A stretch of DNA of 64,000 bases from Wickerhamiella versatilis (lineage: Eukaryota), in NCBI GenBank assembly GCA_030867685.1, contig JAQOWU010000008.1:496001-560000 (forward strand), given 5' to 3'. The notes beneath the pieces are model-generated. The model was given only the letters and a program-made list of their open reading frames with translations, did not search any database and was not told the origin of the DNA. Shown piece after piece: positions 40,832-51,214 of this stretch. The position numbers were made by a program, and so were the translations under genes. Position 1 is the stretch's first letter. Every line of letters starts with the position of its first letter.

Positions 40832-43800
40832 ATGGAGTCTATAATGGACTTTTCAGGTGAATTAGACGTTCCTTTATTTGATCAGGTTGTCTCGGCATTC
40901 TATGGAGGTGCAGCGAATGCAGCTGAGCGTAAAGAGGCGGAGACTGTCCTGAACCAGTTTCAAGAGCATCCAGATTCGTGGATGCGTGTGCCACCTATCT
41001 TGCAGGCGGCGCAAAATCCCCAAAGTAAGTTTCTTGCTTTGACAGTTTTGGATAAACTTATACGTTCAAGATGGAAGATGCTGCCTGAGGAGCAGAGGCT
41101 GGGTATTAGAAACTTTGTTGTCTTGATGTGCCTCGAATGGAGTAGCGCCACTGGTGTTCAACGCTCTCTCCTCAACAAAGCAGATTTAACTCTAGTTCAA
41201 ATTTTGAAGCAGGAATGGCCCCAAAATTGGCCAGATTTCATACCTGAGTTGGTAATGTCAAGCCGGAGTAGCTTTGAGGTTTGTCAAAACAATATGGCCA
41301 TCCTAAGGCTGCTATCTGAAGAAGTATTCACTTATGGTGACGAAGATATGACACAGGCGAAAGCTGGGCGCTTGAAAGTCCAGTTAAGCTCTGAATTCGG
41401 GAAGATTTTCGAGCTTTGCCATGAGGTGCTTGACCAAGCTCAGGAGCCCAACTTAATCGTAGCGACACTTTCCTGCCTACAGAGATATCTTAGTTGGGTA
41501 CCCTTGGCGTATATATTTGAGACTGATATTCTTGAGCAGCTTGTGACGAAATTTCTGGTGCCGGAAGCATCTCGTAATGCTACTCTAAAATGCTTGACTG
41601 AGGTAGCAAGCTTAGCAACACCACAACATGAACAATTGTTGTTACAGGCCTTTGCTGCATCACTGGAGCAACTTGCCACGATTATTCCGCTGGATACCGA
41701 TTTCAAACAGGCTTATGCTGCCGCTGATACGAATGACCAAGATTTTATCCAAAATCTTTCGTTATATCTCTCGGCATTTATGTCTACTCATATTTCGGCA
41801 TTGGAAAAACCAGAATTCAGTGGCGGCCTTTTACTTACTGCGCATCAATATCTTATTAGCATATCTGAAATCGAAGAAAGAGAGGTATTCAAGGGCTGTC
41901 TCGATTACTGGAGTCGTCTTGTTCTGGACTTATTTAATGAAATTAGGAATGTTGTTGCGCACGAAAGAAATGATACAGTTCGAGAGTATCTCAGCTCCGC
42001 TGTTGGAGGCAGAGGCAGCTCCTCTAGAGGTGCCGCGAGCCCAAATATTTGGTCTCAGTATCCATTGCGGATGCACATGTATGCTCCTATCTTAAGCCAG
42101 CTTCGTCGCATAATAATTGAGCATATGGTACGTCCTGAGGAAGTTTTGGTTAGTGAAAATGAAGACGGTGAAATTGTAAGGGTCACCTACAAGGAGTCCG
42201 ACACAATCACTTTGTATAAGTCGCTGCGCGATGTACTGGTCTACCTTACACACCTTGACGTTCATGACACGCGTAACATTATGCTCTCTAAGCTTGACCG
42301 TCAAACCGATGGGTCTGAGTGGTCCTGGCACAATATTAATACGTTGTGTTGGGCAATAGGTTCCATTTCGGGTGCTATGGACTTCCAACTGGAGAAGTAT
42401 TTCCTTAGCACTGTGCTTTCAGAACTATTGAAACTTACCGAGAAGAAGAGAGGTAAAGACAATAAAGCTGTTGTGGCTTCAAATATCATGTACATCATTG
42501 GCCAGTACCCCCGTTACCTGCGCGCTCACTGGAAATTTTTAAAGACTGTTGTCAACAAACTGTTTGAATTTATGCATGAAACTCATGAGGGAGTTCAAGA
42601 TATGGCCTGCGATACTTTCATAACTATTGCAGACAAATGCAAAATACATTTCGTTGAGCACAAACCAGAAGATGTCGAGCCTTTTATCAACGAAATCATT
42701 GCTGACATTGAGTTGCATACAAGTGAGCTCGAGCCCCACCAAGTCCAGTTGTTTTACGAGGCCTGTGGTAAAATTCTTACTGCTCAGACGGCACCTCAAA
42801 CGCTGGAGCATCAGTTGGAAGCCTTAATGCGACTGCCAAACTTGGCCTGGACAAACCTCATGGAATCAATAAAATCAGATCCATCCCAGCTTTCTCAACA
42901 GACTGAAGGTGTTAAGATACTGGTTAATGTCATAAGGACGAACACTAGTGTTTGCAGCTCTTTGGGTACGCGTTTCGAAAGCCAGCTAGCTCGGATCTAT
43001 GCTGATCTTATGGCTCTATATCAGCTTGTTTCGCAGCAAATCTTCCAGGATGCAGCGGCCTCAGATCAGTTCCTAGTAACTCATCGCAGCAGGCTTTTGC
43101 GTTCTGTTAAGCGCGAAATATTCCGACTTTTGGAAACTTATTTAAAGCTGGCACCAACTGATGGACAGGTGGTTCAGGAGATGGCACCGACGCTGCTATC
43201 CACCACCCTCGAGGATTACAGGACTGTAGCGCCACCACTTCGAGAATACGAAGTACTGAGTTGTGTTTCAGTGGTTGTCGAAAAGATAGGCGACAAACCA
43301 CAAAATGCTGATATGGTCTTGGGTATTTTGGAGAACGTTTTTGAGAGCACCCTCAGCATGATTGCAGGTGATATGACTGACTACCCTGAATTCCGGGTAG
43401 AATTTTTCAAGCTCCTGAGAACAATCAACCGCCACTGTTTCCCTGTATTGTTGCGGCTTCCAAACTTAATCTTTGCTCAGACGATTAGTGCTTGTTTGTG
43501 GGCTGCCAAGCACGATAACAGAGACGTTGAAGATGTAGGTCTCTCACTTATTTTGGAAATTTGTCGAAATGTTGCCAAGATACAAGACAGTACTATTGTA
43601 AATTCATTTTTCCAGCAATTTGCAAGATTAATCCTGGGTGATGTGTTTGGTGTACTTACTGACCCTGACCATAGGTCTGGATTCGCACTGCAGGCGCAAA
43701 TTCTTTCACTGTTCGTTCAGCTGGTTGATCAGAATGCTATTACTGCACCTCTCTACCCTGAAGGCGATGCAGCTGTCGGTACACCTAATAACACTTATTT

Positions 43801-44089
43801 GCGAGCATACTTGGCAAGATCTTTGAAAAATGCCTTCCCACACTTGCAAGATGCCCAGCTCTCCACTTTTGTTGAGGGTATGTTCCAGCTCTATTCAGAT
43901 CATCGTGCATTTGTAGCTCACCTTCGTGATTTCTTGGTGTCAATAAAGGAGTTTGGTGGAGATGATAGTTGGCTTTATGCAGACGAAAAGGCACAGCAAT
44001 TTCTTGAGCAGCAAAGGCAACAGCGTGAGCGTGATTTACAGGTGGGAGGTCTGGTTAAACCGAAGGAAATTGACGACGATGCGATATAA
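40832..44089 (+). CDS. CRM1: Exportin-1
   Basis: MESIMDFSGELDV start, ILKQEWPQNWP, RPEEVL, WAIGSISG, RGKDNKAVVASNIMY, HEGVQDMACDTF. Confidence 0.98.
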   Translation: MESIMDFSGELDVPLFDQVVSAFYGGAANAAERKEAETVLNQFQEHPDSWMRVPPILQAAQNPQSKFLALTVLDKLIRSRWKMLPEEQRLGIRNFVVLMCLEWSSATGVQRSLLNKADLTLVQILKQEWPQNWPDFIPELVMSSRSSFEVCQNNMAILRLLSEEVFTYGDEDMTQAKAGRLKVQLSSEFGKIFELCHEVLDQAQEPNLIVATLSCLQRYLSWVPLAYIFETDILEQLVTKFLVPEASRNATLKCLTEVASLATPQHEQLLLQAFAASLEQLATIIPLDTDFKQAYAAADTNDQDFIQNLSLYLSAFMSTHISALEKPEFSGGLLLTAHQYLISISEIEEREVFKGCLDYWSRLVLDLFNEIRNVVAHERNDTVREYLSSAVGGRGSSSRGAASPNIWSQYPLRMHMYAPILSQLRRIIIEHMVRPEEVLVSENEDGEIVRVTYKESDTITLYKSLRDVLVYLTHLDVHDTRNIMLSKLDRQTDGSEWSWHNINTLCWAIGSISGAMDFQLEKYFLSTVLSELLKLTEKKRGKDNKAVVASNIMYIIGQYPRYLRAHWKFLKTVVNKLFEFMHETHEGVQDMACDTFITIADKCKIHFVEHKPEDVEPFINEIIADIELHTSELEPHQVQLFYEACGKILTAQTAPQTLEHQLEALMRLPNLAWTNLMESIKSDPSQLSQQTEGVKILVNVIRTNTSVCSSLGTRFESQLARIYADLMALYQLVSQQIFQDAAASDQFLVTHRSRLLRSVKREIFRLLETYLKLAPTDGQVVQEMAPTLLSTTLEDYRTVAPPLREYEVLSCVSVVVEKIGDKPQNADMVLGILENVFESTLSMIAGDMTDYPEFRVEFFKLLRTINRHCFPVLLRLPNLIFAQTISACLWAAKHDNRDVEDVGLSLILEICRNVAKIQDSTIVNSFFQQFARLILGDVFGVLTDPDHRSGFALQAQILSLFVQLVDQNAITAPLYPEGDAAVGTPNNTYLRAYLARSLKNAFPHLQDAQLSTFVEGMFQLYSDHRAFVAHLRDFLVSIKEFGGDDSWLYADEKAQQFLEQQRQQRERDLQVGGLVKPKEIDDDAI

Positions 44090-44307
44090 ATTATGGATCT
44101 ATGATAGCTCTATATCATGCTGGTTACTGCAATACGTCGATCATTCTTTCTTGATTTAGCTCAGCATTCTCATGTTTACAAAAAGGAGTAATTAGCTTAA
44201 AAATCCGTTTAAAATGCTTTATGTTAGAATTCATCCACAACAATATATTAGCCTGTGAATTTGATTAGCCTCCGTACATAATTATATGGAAAAACAGGCA
44301 GTATGGA

Positions 44308-44859
44308 TTATACAAGGTCAAAATCATCCGCAGTTCCCTTGTACTCATTAATTTTTCGCTTGATCTTGGAGCCATCGACCCATGTCAAAAAGTCTTCCAT
44401 GTCTCTAGTAATTAGCATTGCAGGATCCGTTACTAGTTGTGGTCCTACACGTACATGCCCTTGCTCAACCATCTTTGTTGCCTCGGTTACAGATGGTACC
44501 ATATGCAAACGAGCCATGACCACAGGCAACCTCCGCCTACAAAAAGCAGCAACTGATATCTTTTCTAGATCAGACACTTTCGGTCGTTTCGTTCCAAAAA
44601 CTCCCATGTCATCCAATTTATCCAATAGCATTCTTTCTTGATGTAATCTAATTGGATCCTCTGGGGGTAGCTGGGCCATTTTATGGGCAAGCTGTCTGAT
44701 ATTTCCACAGATCTTATTGTACTTATGGTAATCCGAGCGATCCTGGACGTGATACATCCTCATTACCTGTGCATCCCTATGTCCTTGATCTTTCTTCCAG
44801 TCTAGGAAGTCCACCTTCTTCAGAAGCTTCTTTTCATGGTGTTTCAATTGCCGGCCCAT
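44308..44859 (-). CDS. IMP3: U3 snoRNP protein Imp3
   Basis: LKHHEKKLLKKVDF, FCRRRLPVVM, EQGHVRVGP, MEDFLTWVD, DDFDL. Confidence 0.97.
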   Translation of the reverse strand: MGRQLKHHEKKLLKKVDFLDWKKDQGHRDAQVMRMYHVQDRSDYHKYNKICGNIRQLAHKMAQLPPEDPIRLHQERMLLDKLDDMGVFGTKRPKVSDLEKISVAAFCRRRLPVVMARLHMVPSVTEATKMVEQGHVRVGPQLVTDPAMLITRDMEDFLTWVDGSKIKRKINEYKGTADDFDLV

Positions 44860-44901
44860 GATTTCTACTGAAAATAATTTGTAATCAGTGCACCGACGTA
44901 C

Positions 44902-45474
44902 TTAGCCAAGAGCAGCATTCATTTCAAGTTCAAGCATACATTCGCCTTGTATTGGACGAAATTTAATGTTATCAATTGGTTTCTCGGTTCTAGGTTCCTC
45001 AACTACTAGGAACTTTTGAGTCGAAGGGTTCAATTCGGCTTCAGCATAAAATAGCACTTTAAAAACGTGACCGGGCTCCAGTGGCGGCAAAAAACTGGCA
45101 GATGCTCTTATTTGATCGACAGTGGCCTGAATCTGAGTCTCTACACTTTCTATACCTTCTTCCTCATTGCTATCTTCAGGGGTGCTCAGAACAAAGTTCC
45201 AACTCTCCTTTAGCTCATAGGTATACGGCCACGGGCGAAATATGTTGAAGGAAATTTTCAATATACTCTGTACTCGAAGAAAACTTCTAACATGCTGCTC
45301 AAGTTTGCAAATGTAGGTTTCAGCTCTCTCTTCCCAGCACATGGGATATCGAATTCCAAGACGTTTCGCCGGACGCGCATATAATTCCTCATATATTCTG
45401 CGCTCGCATATAATTGTGTGAAGCAATATTCCCACTGTCTCTGACAATTGTCTACAAGTTAATATTGCACTCAT
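44902..45474 (-). CDS. HORMA-domain protein (Rev7- or Mad2-like, divergent)
   Basis: LHTIICERRIY, YI..L, ESWNF, QI.A..SFLPPL...FKVLFY. Confidence 0.7.
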   Translation of the reverse strand: MSAILTCRQLSETVGILLHTIICERRIYEELYARPAKRLGIRYPMCWEERAETYICKLEQHVRSFLRVQSILKISFNIFRPWPYTYELKESWNFVLSTPEDSNEEEGIESVETQIQATVDQIRASASFLPPLEPGHVFKVLFYAEAELNPSTQKFLVVEEPRTEKPIDNIKFRPIQGECMLELEMNAALG

Positions 45475-45806
45475 GGAGGGAGGGTGATTAAGAATATTCG
45501 TGAGGTTGTGAGCAAGTAGCTAAGTCGGGACAATATCATTTTAAAATCAAATAGCATTGTTGCAATAGATACATTATGGTCTTTCTTATTGACTTTTTTT
45601 TGTACTACGACTATTTCCTGGGTTGTGCTAATCATTCCTCGACGGAAAAAGAAGATATAAATTTTTCAAGGACAGTTTAATTTATCTGTTTTAGTTTCTT
45701 TCAATATGATTGTTGGATACAGTACGAAATTTCTCATGTACCTCGTTGCTAAAAGCCTTCCGCCCCATCATATTTCACATTTGTAATCCGAGAAGGTTCT
45801 TGTCAA

Positions 45807-46457
45807 ATGCTCAAGCGGCTTTTTTCGACTACGCGGGCCGTGAAGTCTAATGTGGGGAGCGCTGCAATCTTAATGCCTGCGGGAACGTCGGTAAGCTTGT
45901 CTCCAAAAATTCTCGACGATGTGACAGCCCTCCGTATGGCCCTGGATAAAAAGCGTAATGGAAAGCCAAAAATTCATCTAACGAAGTCCGTGAATGTTAG
46001 TGGGCCCAAAGGTGAAGTTAATCTGGATTTGGCAGATTTTGTAGATGTCGCTATTGCTGATAATAAGGCCTCCGTTACCGTGGAGGAGCCGAATCTGCGA
46101 CATCAACGAGCCATGTGGGGAACTTCCCGCTCCCTTGTGGCAAATGCGGTAGCTGGTGTTAATGAAGGGCACCTATGTATCGTTAAGCTTGTAGGTACAG
46201 GGTTCAGAGCTGTACTTGACAACGACAGGCTTATTCTCCGACTTGGATACTGCGTACCCCAGATCGTTAACATACCGGCAGGTGTTCATGTTCAAGTTCC
46301 TGTGCCTCATAGAATTGTGATCGAAGGATGTGATAAACAATCTGTCAAGCTTCTCGCGTCAGAAATTCGTAAATTCCGAAAGCCTGAGCCTTACAAGGGA
46401 AAGGGGGTGTTTGTCGATAATGAAACGATAAAGTTGAAGCAAAAGAAGATCAAATAA
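45807..46457 (+). CDS. MRPL6: Mitochondrial ribosomal protein uL6m
   Basis: GPKG, QRAMWGTSRSL, LVGTGFRA, RKPEPYKGKG. Confidence 0.95.
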   Translation: MLKRLFSTTRAVKSNVGSAAILMPAGTSVSLSPKILDDVTALRMALDKKRNGKPKIHLTKSVNVSGPKGEVNLDLADFVDVAIADNKASVTVEEPNLRHQRAMWGTSRSLVANAVAGVNEGHLCIVKLVGTGFRAVLDNDRLILRLGYCVPQIVNIPAGVHVQVPVPHRIVIEGCDKQSVKLLASEIRKFRKPEPYKGKGVFVDNETIKLKQKKIK

Positions 46458-46463
46458 GGGCAA

Positions 46464-46473
46464 TATGTACATA
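46464..46473. promoter_or_regulatory. Palindromic Puf3-type element TATGTACATA
   Basis: Reads TGTACATA on both strands within the 30-bp gap between convergent MRPL6 and COA1. Confidence 0.65.
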
Positions 46474-46487
46474 CATTATATATATAT

Positions 46488-47021
46488 TTAACTGCGTTCA
46501 TATCCAGGATTTTGGTTTTGATTGGGTACAAACGGATGGAAATCCTCCTTGAGAAGATCCACCTTTTCCCCATGCTCAGGAGTAATTGACCACTCGGTGG
46601 TGCGATACCTAGTGTCACCCAGTACTTTTTCTGCTGAAAAATGAACCTTTCCTGCTTGCTTGTCGCCACGAATGTTATAGCTAAAGCTCACCACATTCTG
46701 AGCAGTCCCAGGACTTCCTGAAATCCATGGCATGGTGCTACTGAAACGAATATTTGATCCCAGATGTTCATGTGCCAGAGGCGATCGACGCAGGGTATAC
46801 AAAGTGGAAGACACAACAGGAGTATTAGCGTCCTCATACTTTATCAGCGCAACAACAGTAACACCCATGACAACGCAAAAGGCTCCAAAATATTTGCGCT
46901 GGAGACGCCGTGTTGCAAGAGGATCTGGCAATTTTCGTGGAAGACTCACAACTCTTCCGGGATGGAGGCCCTTTCCTGCAGCTGTAGCCAGCCCTCGATA
47001 AGCTATTTGCCTGGATATCAT
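46488..47021 (-). CDS. COA1: Cytochrome oxidase assembly factor Coa1
   Basis: LP.P, TM helix, YE...PVVSSTLYTLRRSP...LG..I.F....PWISG. Confidence 0.88.
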   Translation of the reverse strand: MISRQIAYRGLATAAGKGLHPGRVVSLPRKLPDPLATRRLQRKYFGAFCVVMGVTVVALIKYEDANTPVVSSTLYTLRRSPLAHEHLGSNIRFSSTMPWISGSPGTAQNVVSFSYNIRGDKQAGKVHFSAEKVLGDTRYRTTEWSITPEHGEKVDLLKEDFHPFVPNQNQNPGYERS

Positions 47022-47066
47022 GGTAGGTCCACCTTAGTAATACTACATTTTATTGAAATCGACGAA

Positions 47067-47852
47067 ATGAGTCGGGTCATTAAGCGGTATGCGGCACAAC
47101 TGATGGCCAACTCGGCGTCTAAGACGTATAAATCAGAGGCACCAGTTCTTTTCAGTTCACCTGCTGCCGTCCATGAACGTCGGCGTTTACGAAATAGAGT
47201 TGGTCTGCTGGCATACAAGCGTGGTATGATTCCTTGGTACGAACCAGGAGGAGCCCACCATGCGTGTACTGTACTTGAAGTGGACCGTTGCCAAGTAACT
47301 GATGTGAAATCTGTCGAGAAGCATGGCTATAATGCAGTCCAGCTTGGTTGTGGGGCTATTGCCGTTAAAAATACTACTCGGCCTATGCTAGGCCATTTTG
47401 CCCGTTCAAAAGTCGCACCAAAAAGGCATATCGCTGAGTTCCAGGTGCGCTCTTCCTCTGCACTGCTGGATTTAGGAACGGAACTCTCAGCCGAGCATCT
47501 GATACCTGGCCAATATGTTGATATTCAGGCTCGTACGAAAGGAAAAGGATTCCAAGGTGTAATGAAAAGATGGGGATTTGCAGGTATGGGTGCATCACAT
47601 GGTGTTTCTGGCGTCCACAGGTCTGCTGGATCGACAGGACAAAATACGGATCCCGCGCGTGTTTTTCCCGGTAAGAAAATGGCGGGACGTATGGGTTTTG
47701 ATTATCGTACCATGCAGAACCTTATGGTAGTTGATGTTGATTCAGCTAATGGCCTTATAATTGTAAAAGGCCATGTACCTGGAGCTAAGGGTCGTTTGGT
47801 GAAAATTACAGATGCTGTGAAAAAGCCCCTGCCTCAGGCACCTAAGGAGTAG
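47067..47852 (+). CDS. MRPL9: Mitochondrial ribosomal protein uL3m
   Basis: GLLAYKRGM, CTVLEVD, GYNAVQLG, KGKGFQGVMKRWGF, HRSAGSTG, PGKKMAGRMG. Start at MSRVIKR (an earlier ATG overlaps COA1). Confidence 0.95.
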   Translation: MSRVIKRYAAQLMANSASKTYKSEAPVLFSSPAAVHERRRLRNRVGLLAYKRGMIPWYEPGGAHHACTVLEVDRCQVTDVKSVEKHGYNAVQLGCGAIAVKNTTRPMLGHFARSKVAPKRHIAEFQVRSSSALLDLGTELSAEHLIPGQYVDIQARTKGKGFQGVMKRWGFAGMGASHGVSGVHRSAGSTGQNTDPARVFPGKKMAGRMGFDYRTMQNLMVVDVDSANGLIIVKGHVPGAKGRLVKITDAVKKPLPQAPKE

Positions 47853-48272
47853 AAAATTGAGCATGGTTTGACATACTTGTACATATAATAGAAGTTATTG
47901 CTCATATAGTTATATATTCGTGGACTATATTAAACCACGCAATTTGAAAGTACGTGTACAGCCTTGAAAAAGTAAAAATTAATATACCAACCTTCACTTT
48001 CATTTTTTACAAAATGAGTAGTGCAAATAGTTGTCACAATTTTTACTGGCTAAGCAGGAATCTATACCGCTACCGTCATCATTCTTATGGTTATAGTGCC
48101 AAATCACAATGTATATTGGTTGGTAAATCCAACGACTACGATATCATTCTTGGGAACTTTTCATCAGATTCGCAAATGAAAATCAACGGTCTTTACAAGA
48201 AAACTATCTACAAATCAATTCGTACCTTTTATCTCAGACTTATTGTTACTCGATTATCTCTCTACTAACATT

Positions 48273-51140
48273 TTATTTCATGCCTTGTTGCACAAATGTT
48301 AACTTACCATCCCACTGCACACCATCGACGCCTGGAACAGATTCAGAGGACGGCCCATTCGCAACGAGAACCAGCCCTTGCGTACGGATTGCGGGAACTA
48401 ATACCGGTACTAGAACCAACACATCAGCAGGAACAATGAGTCCCATGAAGTTATTCGTGGTAGCATATTGCGCCGCCTCTCGAAGGCTGGTACAAATTCT
48501 TGTTTCCTTCCGAGCGATACTAGGATCATCAAACAGTCCATTTGCTGTTGTTAGCGTGCCATCTGTACGAATACCACTGACACTGAAAAGAACAGGAAAG
48601 TTGGGCTGCTTCCAATTTAACACAGCACAAATTTCTGGATTTGAGGAACTAAATACCATACTGCGGATGGGAAGAGATTTTTGGCGAGCAGAACGAGCAT
48701 AATTAAAAATGGCTTCGAGTACCTTATCCGCATAGTCATTGACCTCAGGGAGCCCTACAGGAAGATTCAGAGCTTCGGTATGTGTAGGGTATGGCAAAAA
48801 TATATCGAAATTTTGATTATCTTCTCGAGCCAACAATTCTTCAAGTGTAGTAATGTGCTTTCCAGATAACTTCTGAAGATCAGCAAGTGTTAAGCATGGG
48901 ATCATGAAACACACTCCCATGACGTCGACTAGAATGTCATGGACCACGGGCACCAGGTCACGAGTAATGACTATTGGAATACGGTGATACTCTCCAACAA
49001 GCGAAGATGCTGTAACTAACGAACCACTTGCGTCGAAGCTGGACGTAGATTTCCAATATGTATCATACTTAGAAATGTCAAGCAGTTTTCCAGGGAATGG
49101 TTTAACCACAATATAACTGAAATCTAAGTATCCCACATTCCGCAAGAGAGCATCTATCAAAGTTACTCGTGTACGATGATGCTTACCGTCCACAAAGGTC
49201 CAGGGTAGAGCCATAGCTTTCGCAAGGAGCCGGGTGCCGAATATAGGTAGAACCTCAAATCCGATAGTTAGGGAGTCAAAGCTATCCACTTGGAATGTTT
49301 GTACATGATCTTGATCAGGAATAGGCAATAATACATTACGAGGAATGCTGTCCCGTGTGCCCGAGCTCGTAATAACCATGCGACCCGCACTGAGCATGTG
49401 ATGGCCCCTAGAAAATTCTGGTGAAGGCTGGAGACGAATTTGCAAAATTCCACTGTTTTTTGTATCGAGGAAATTATGGCCATACCTCTGTAGTGGGATA
49501 ATTGGCGGTGGCAACTCCAAATCAGGGATGAGATCAACCGAATTGGTATCAGGTATGACAGAATCTAAAGCTGGTGCTAGATCTTGTACCTGCATAATAT
49601 GTGAAATGTCTCGATGATAGTGATGCAATAACACCTGCATTGCGAGAATGCGCCCTTCCCAGCTTGCATAGAAAAGAGCACTGTAGCCCTCATCGTCCAG
49701 TATGGTCCAGTCCGCTTTCGCAGCCAATAATGCAGTAACTGCGGCATCATGCCCTTCAGATGCTGCGTACATTAGAGCAGTCCAGCCATTCAACTTATCT
49801 ATCAAATTCACATCTGCATGCCCTTTTTCTACGAGGACTGGTATTATTGTAGTGAAGCCATGCCTTGCCACGATATGAATAGGATACATACCTTCAGCTG
49901 TCGGACACATCTTATCTTTGGGACGTTCATCAAGCAATATCTCTACAGCCTCCTTGTCACCATGTTGACATGCAAAATTCAGTGGAATATGAGAGCGTTC
50001 GTGGTTCATTGTTGTATTTGCACCAGCCTGCAATAGCGTTTTTGTTATGTGGGGGAAATGATGGTATATCGCATAATGGAGAGCCGTATAATTATCCATG
50101 TCAACCACATTTGGATCGGCATCATATTCAAGTAAAAGTTTTACAAAGTCCAGGCGATCATGGATTGCAGCCTGATGCAACGGTGTTCTTCTATGCGAGT
50201 CTAATGCATTAGGATTTGCTCCATCCTTCAATGCCAATTTGAAGATCAAGTGGCGACCTTTAACACCGGCACAGAGATGTAAGACGCTTGACCCTCGAAC
50301 TTCATCAGTTGCATTTAGGTCAACATAATTCGTCTGATAGAGTGCTATAATGATATCATCTCGTGCTGGACTGTTTATTGCCCACAAAAACAAGGCTGTT
50401 ATTCTTTCTCGAGGCCTATCTGCTCGTCGAAGCTCATTGATCCAGTCATTAATAGAAGAAACATGGGAGTTTGGATCTGCAGCAAAAGTCACAAACTCAT
50501 TGAATAAATCATCGCTGGGGCTGGGCACTGTGTCCTCAACATTGACTCTGGTGTCAAGAACTACTGCACTGTCCCCGGCAGCAAGCGCCTCCAACTGAAG
50601 CATACATTCATTTGATTTATCACTTAAAGATACAAGGACATCTCGACGAAAGACTGGTTGGACTTCGACGGCTCTTGCGAGGAAAAGCTCTTTCGTATGG
50701 GACCTACTGTGCTTGTCCCATTTCTTCAGAACTTTTGAGAATGCTATTCTGTTCAACTCAATGAACTGTTCTAGTCGCTCCAGATCAATTCGAAATCTTT
50801 GCAGTCCCTCATACAGCGAGATATACGCTATTGAGCTCTTTGCTAACCTGCCTCGCAACTGCGACGTTGCGGCATCCTTTTTCTGTATTAGCATTTCAAG
50901 ACGAGCCTCGAGATCAGATTCTTTTTGCTGGTAAAAGTCTTGAACTTTTTCCAGCTCACGCTCGAGCTGGAAGAAGAATGTGGCTTTATTCTGTTGAAGC
51001 GCTTCGTAGCTTGGTGTTCCATCGCCTTCCGGTGTGGCTAATTTTTTGATCAGCTTTTTTTGCTGCTTATAATTCATAAAATGAGGCTCATACTCTGGTA
51101 GGTCCAGGTGCCGCCGCACAAGATATTTTCCAAATTTCAT
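48273..51140 (-). CDS. PHO81: SPX-ankyrin-GDPD-like CDK inhibitor Pho81
   Basis: MKFGKYL SPX start, KVLKKWDK, ankyrin repeats, IPDLELPPPIIPLQRYGHNFLD minimal domain, LNWKQPNFPV. Confidence 0.93.
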   Translation of the reverse strand: MKFGKYLVRRHLDLPEYEPHFMNYKQQKKLIKKLATPEGDGTPSYEALQQNKATFFFQLERELEKVQDFYQQKESDLEARLEMLIQKKDAATSQLRGRLAKSSIAYISLYEGLQRFRIDLERLEQFIELNRIAFSKVLKKWDKHSRSHTKELFLARAVEVQPVFRRDVLVSLSDKSNECMLQLEALAAGDSAVVLDTRVNVEDTVPSPSDDLFNEFVTFAADPNSHVSSINDWINELRRADRPRERITALFLWAINSPARDDIIIALYQTNYVDLNATDEVRGSSVLHLCAGVKGRHLIFKLALKDGANPNALDSHRRTPLHQAAIHDRLDFVKLLLEYDADPNVVDMDNYTALHYAIYHHFPHITKTLLQAGANTTMNHERSHIPLNFACQHGDKEAVEILLDERPKDKMCPTAEGMYPIHIVARHGFTTIIPVLVEKGHADVNLIDKLNGWTALMYAASEGHDAAVTALLAAKADWTILDDEGYSALFYASWEGRILAMQVLLHHYHRDISHIMQVQDLAPALDSVIPDTNSVDLIPDLELPPPIIPLQRYGHNFLDTKNSGILQIRLQPSPEFSRGHHMLSAGRMVITSSGTRDSIPRNVLLPIPDQDHVQTFQVDSFDSLTIGFEVLPIFGTRLLAKAMALPWTFVDGKHHRTRVTLIDALLRNVGYLDFSYIVVKPFPGKLLDISKYDTYWKSTSSFDASGSLVTASSLVGEYHRIPIVITRDLVPVVHDILVDVMGVCFMIPCLTLADLQKLSGKHITTLEELLAREDNQNFDIFLPYPTHTEALNLPVGLPEVNDYADKVLEAIFNYARSARQKSLPIRSMVFSSSNPEICAVLNWKQPNFPVLFSVSGIRTDGTLTTANGLFDDPSIARKETRICTSLREAAQYATTNNFMGLIVPADVLVLVPVLVPAIRTQGLVLVANGPSSESVPGVDGVQWDGKLTFVQQGMK

Positions 51141-51148
51141 CCGGAACG

Positions 51149-51156
51149 CACGTGGG
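51149..51156. promoter_or_regulatory. Pho4-type site CACGTGGG
   Basis: High-affinity Pho4 consensus 8 bp upstream of the PHO81 ATG. Confidence 0.55.
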
Positions 51157-51214
51157 TCCAAGCGAGATCTATATTACAAAGCGCACGAAATAAGATACTT
51201 ACTAATTGTTTATA

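Noticed and set aside
46764..47066. Apparent 101-aa N-terminal extension of MRPL9 overlapping COA1
   Set aside because: It is antisense to the COA1 CDS; a plausible presequence starts at ATG 47067
47954..48268. 104-aa ORF between MRPL9 and PHO81
   Set aside because: AT-rich terminator region with no family features; cannot be supported, although the 420-bp gap is long for this genome
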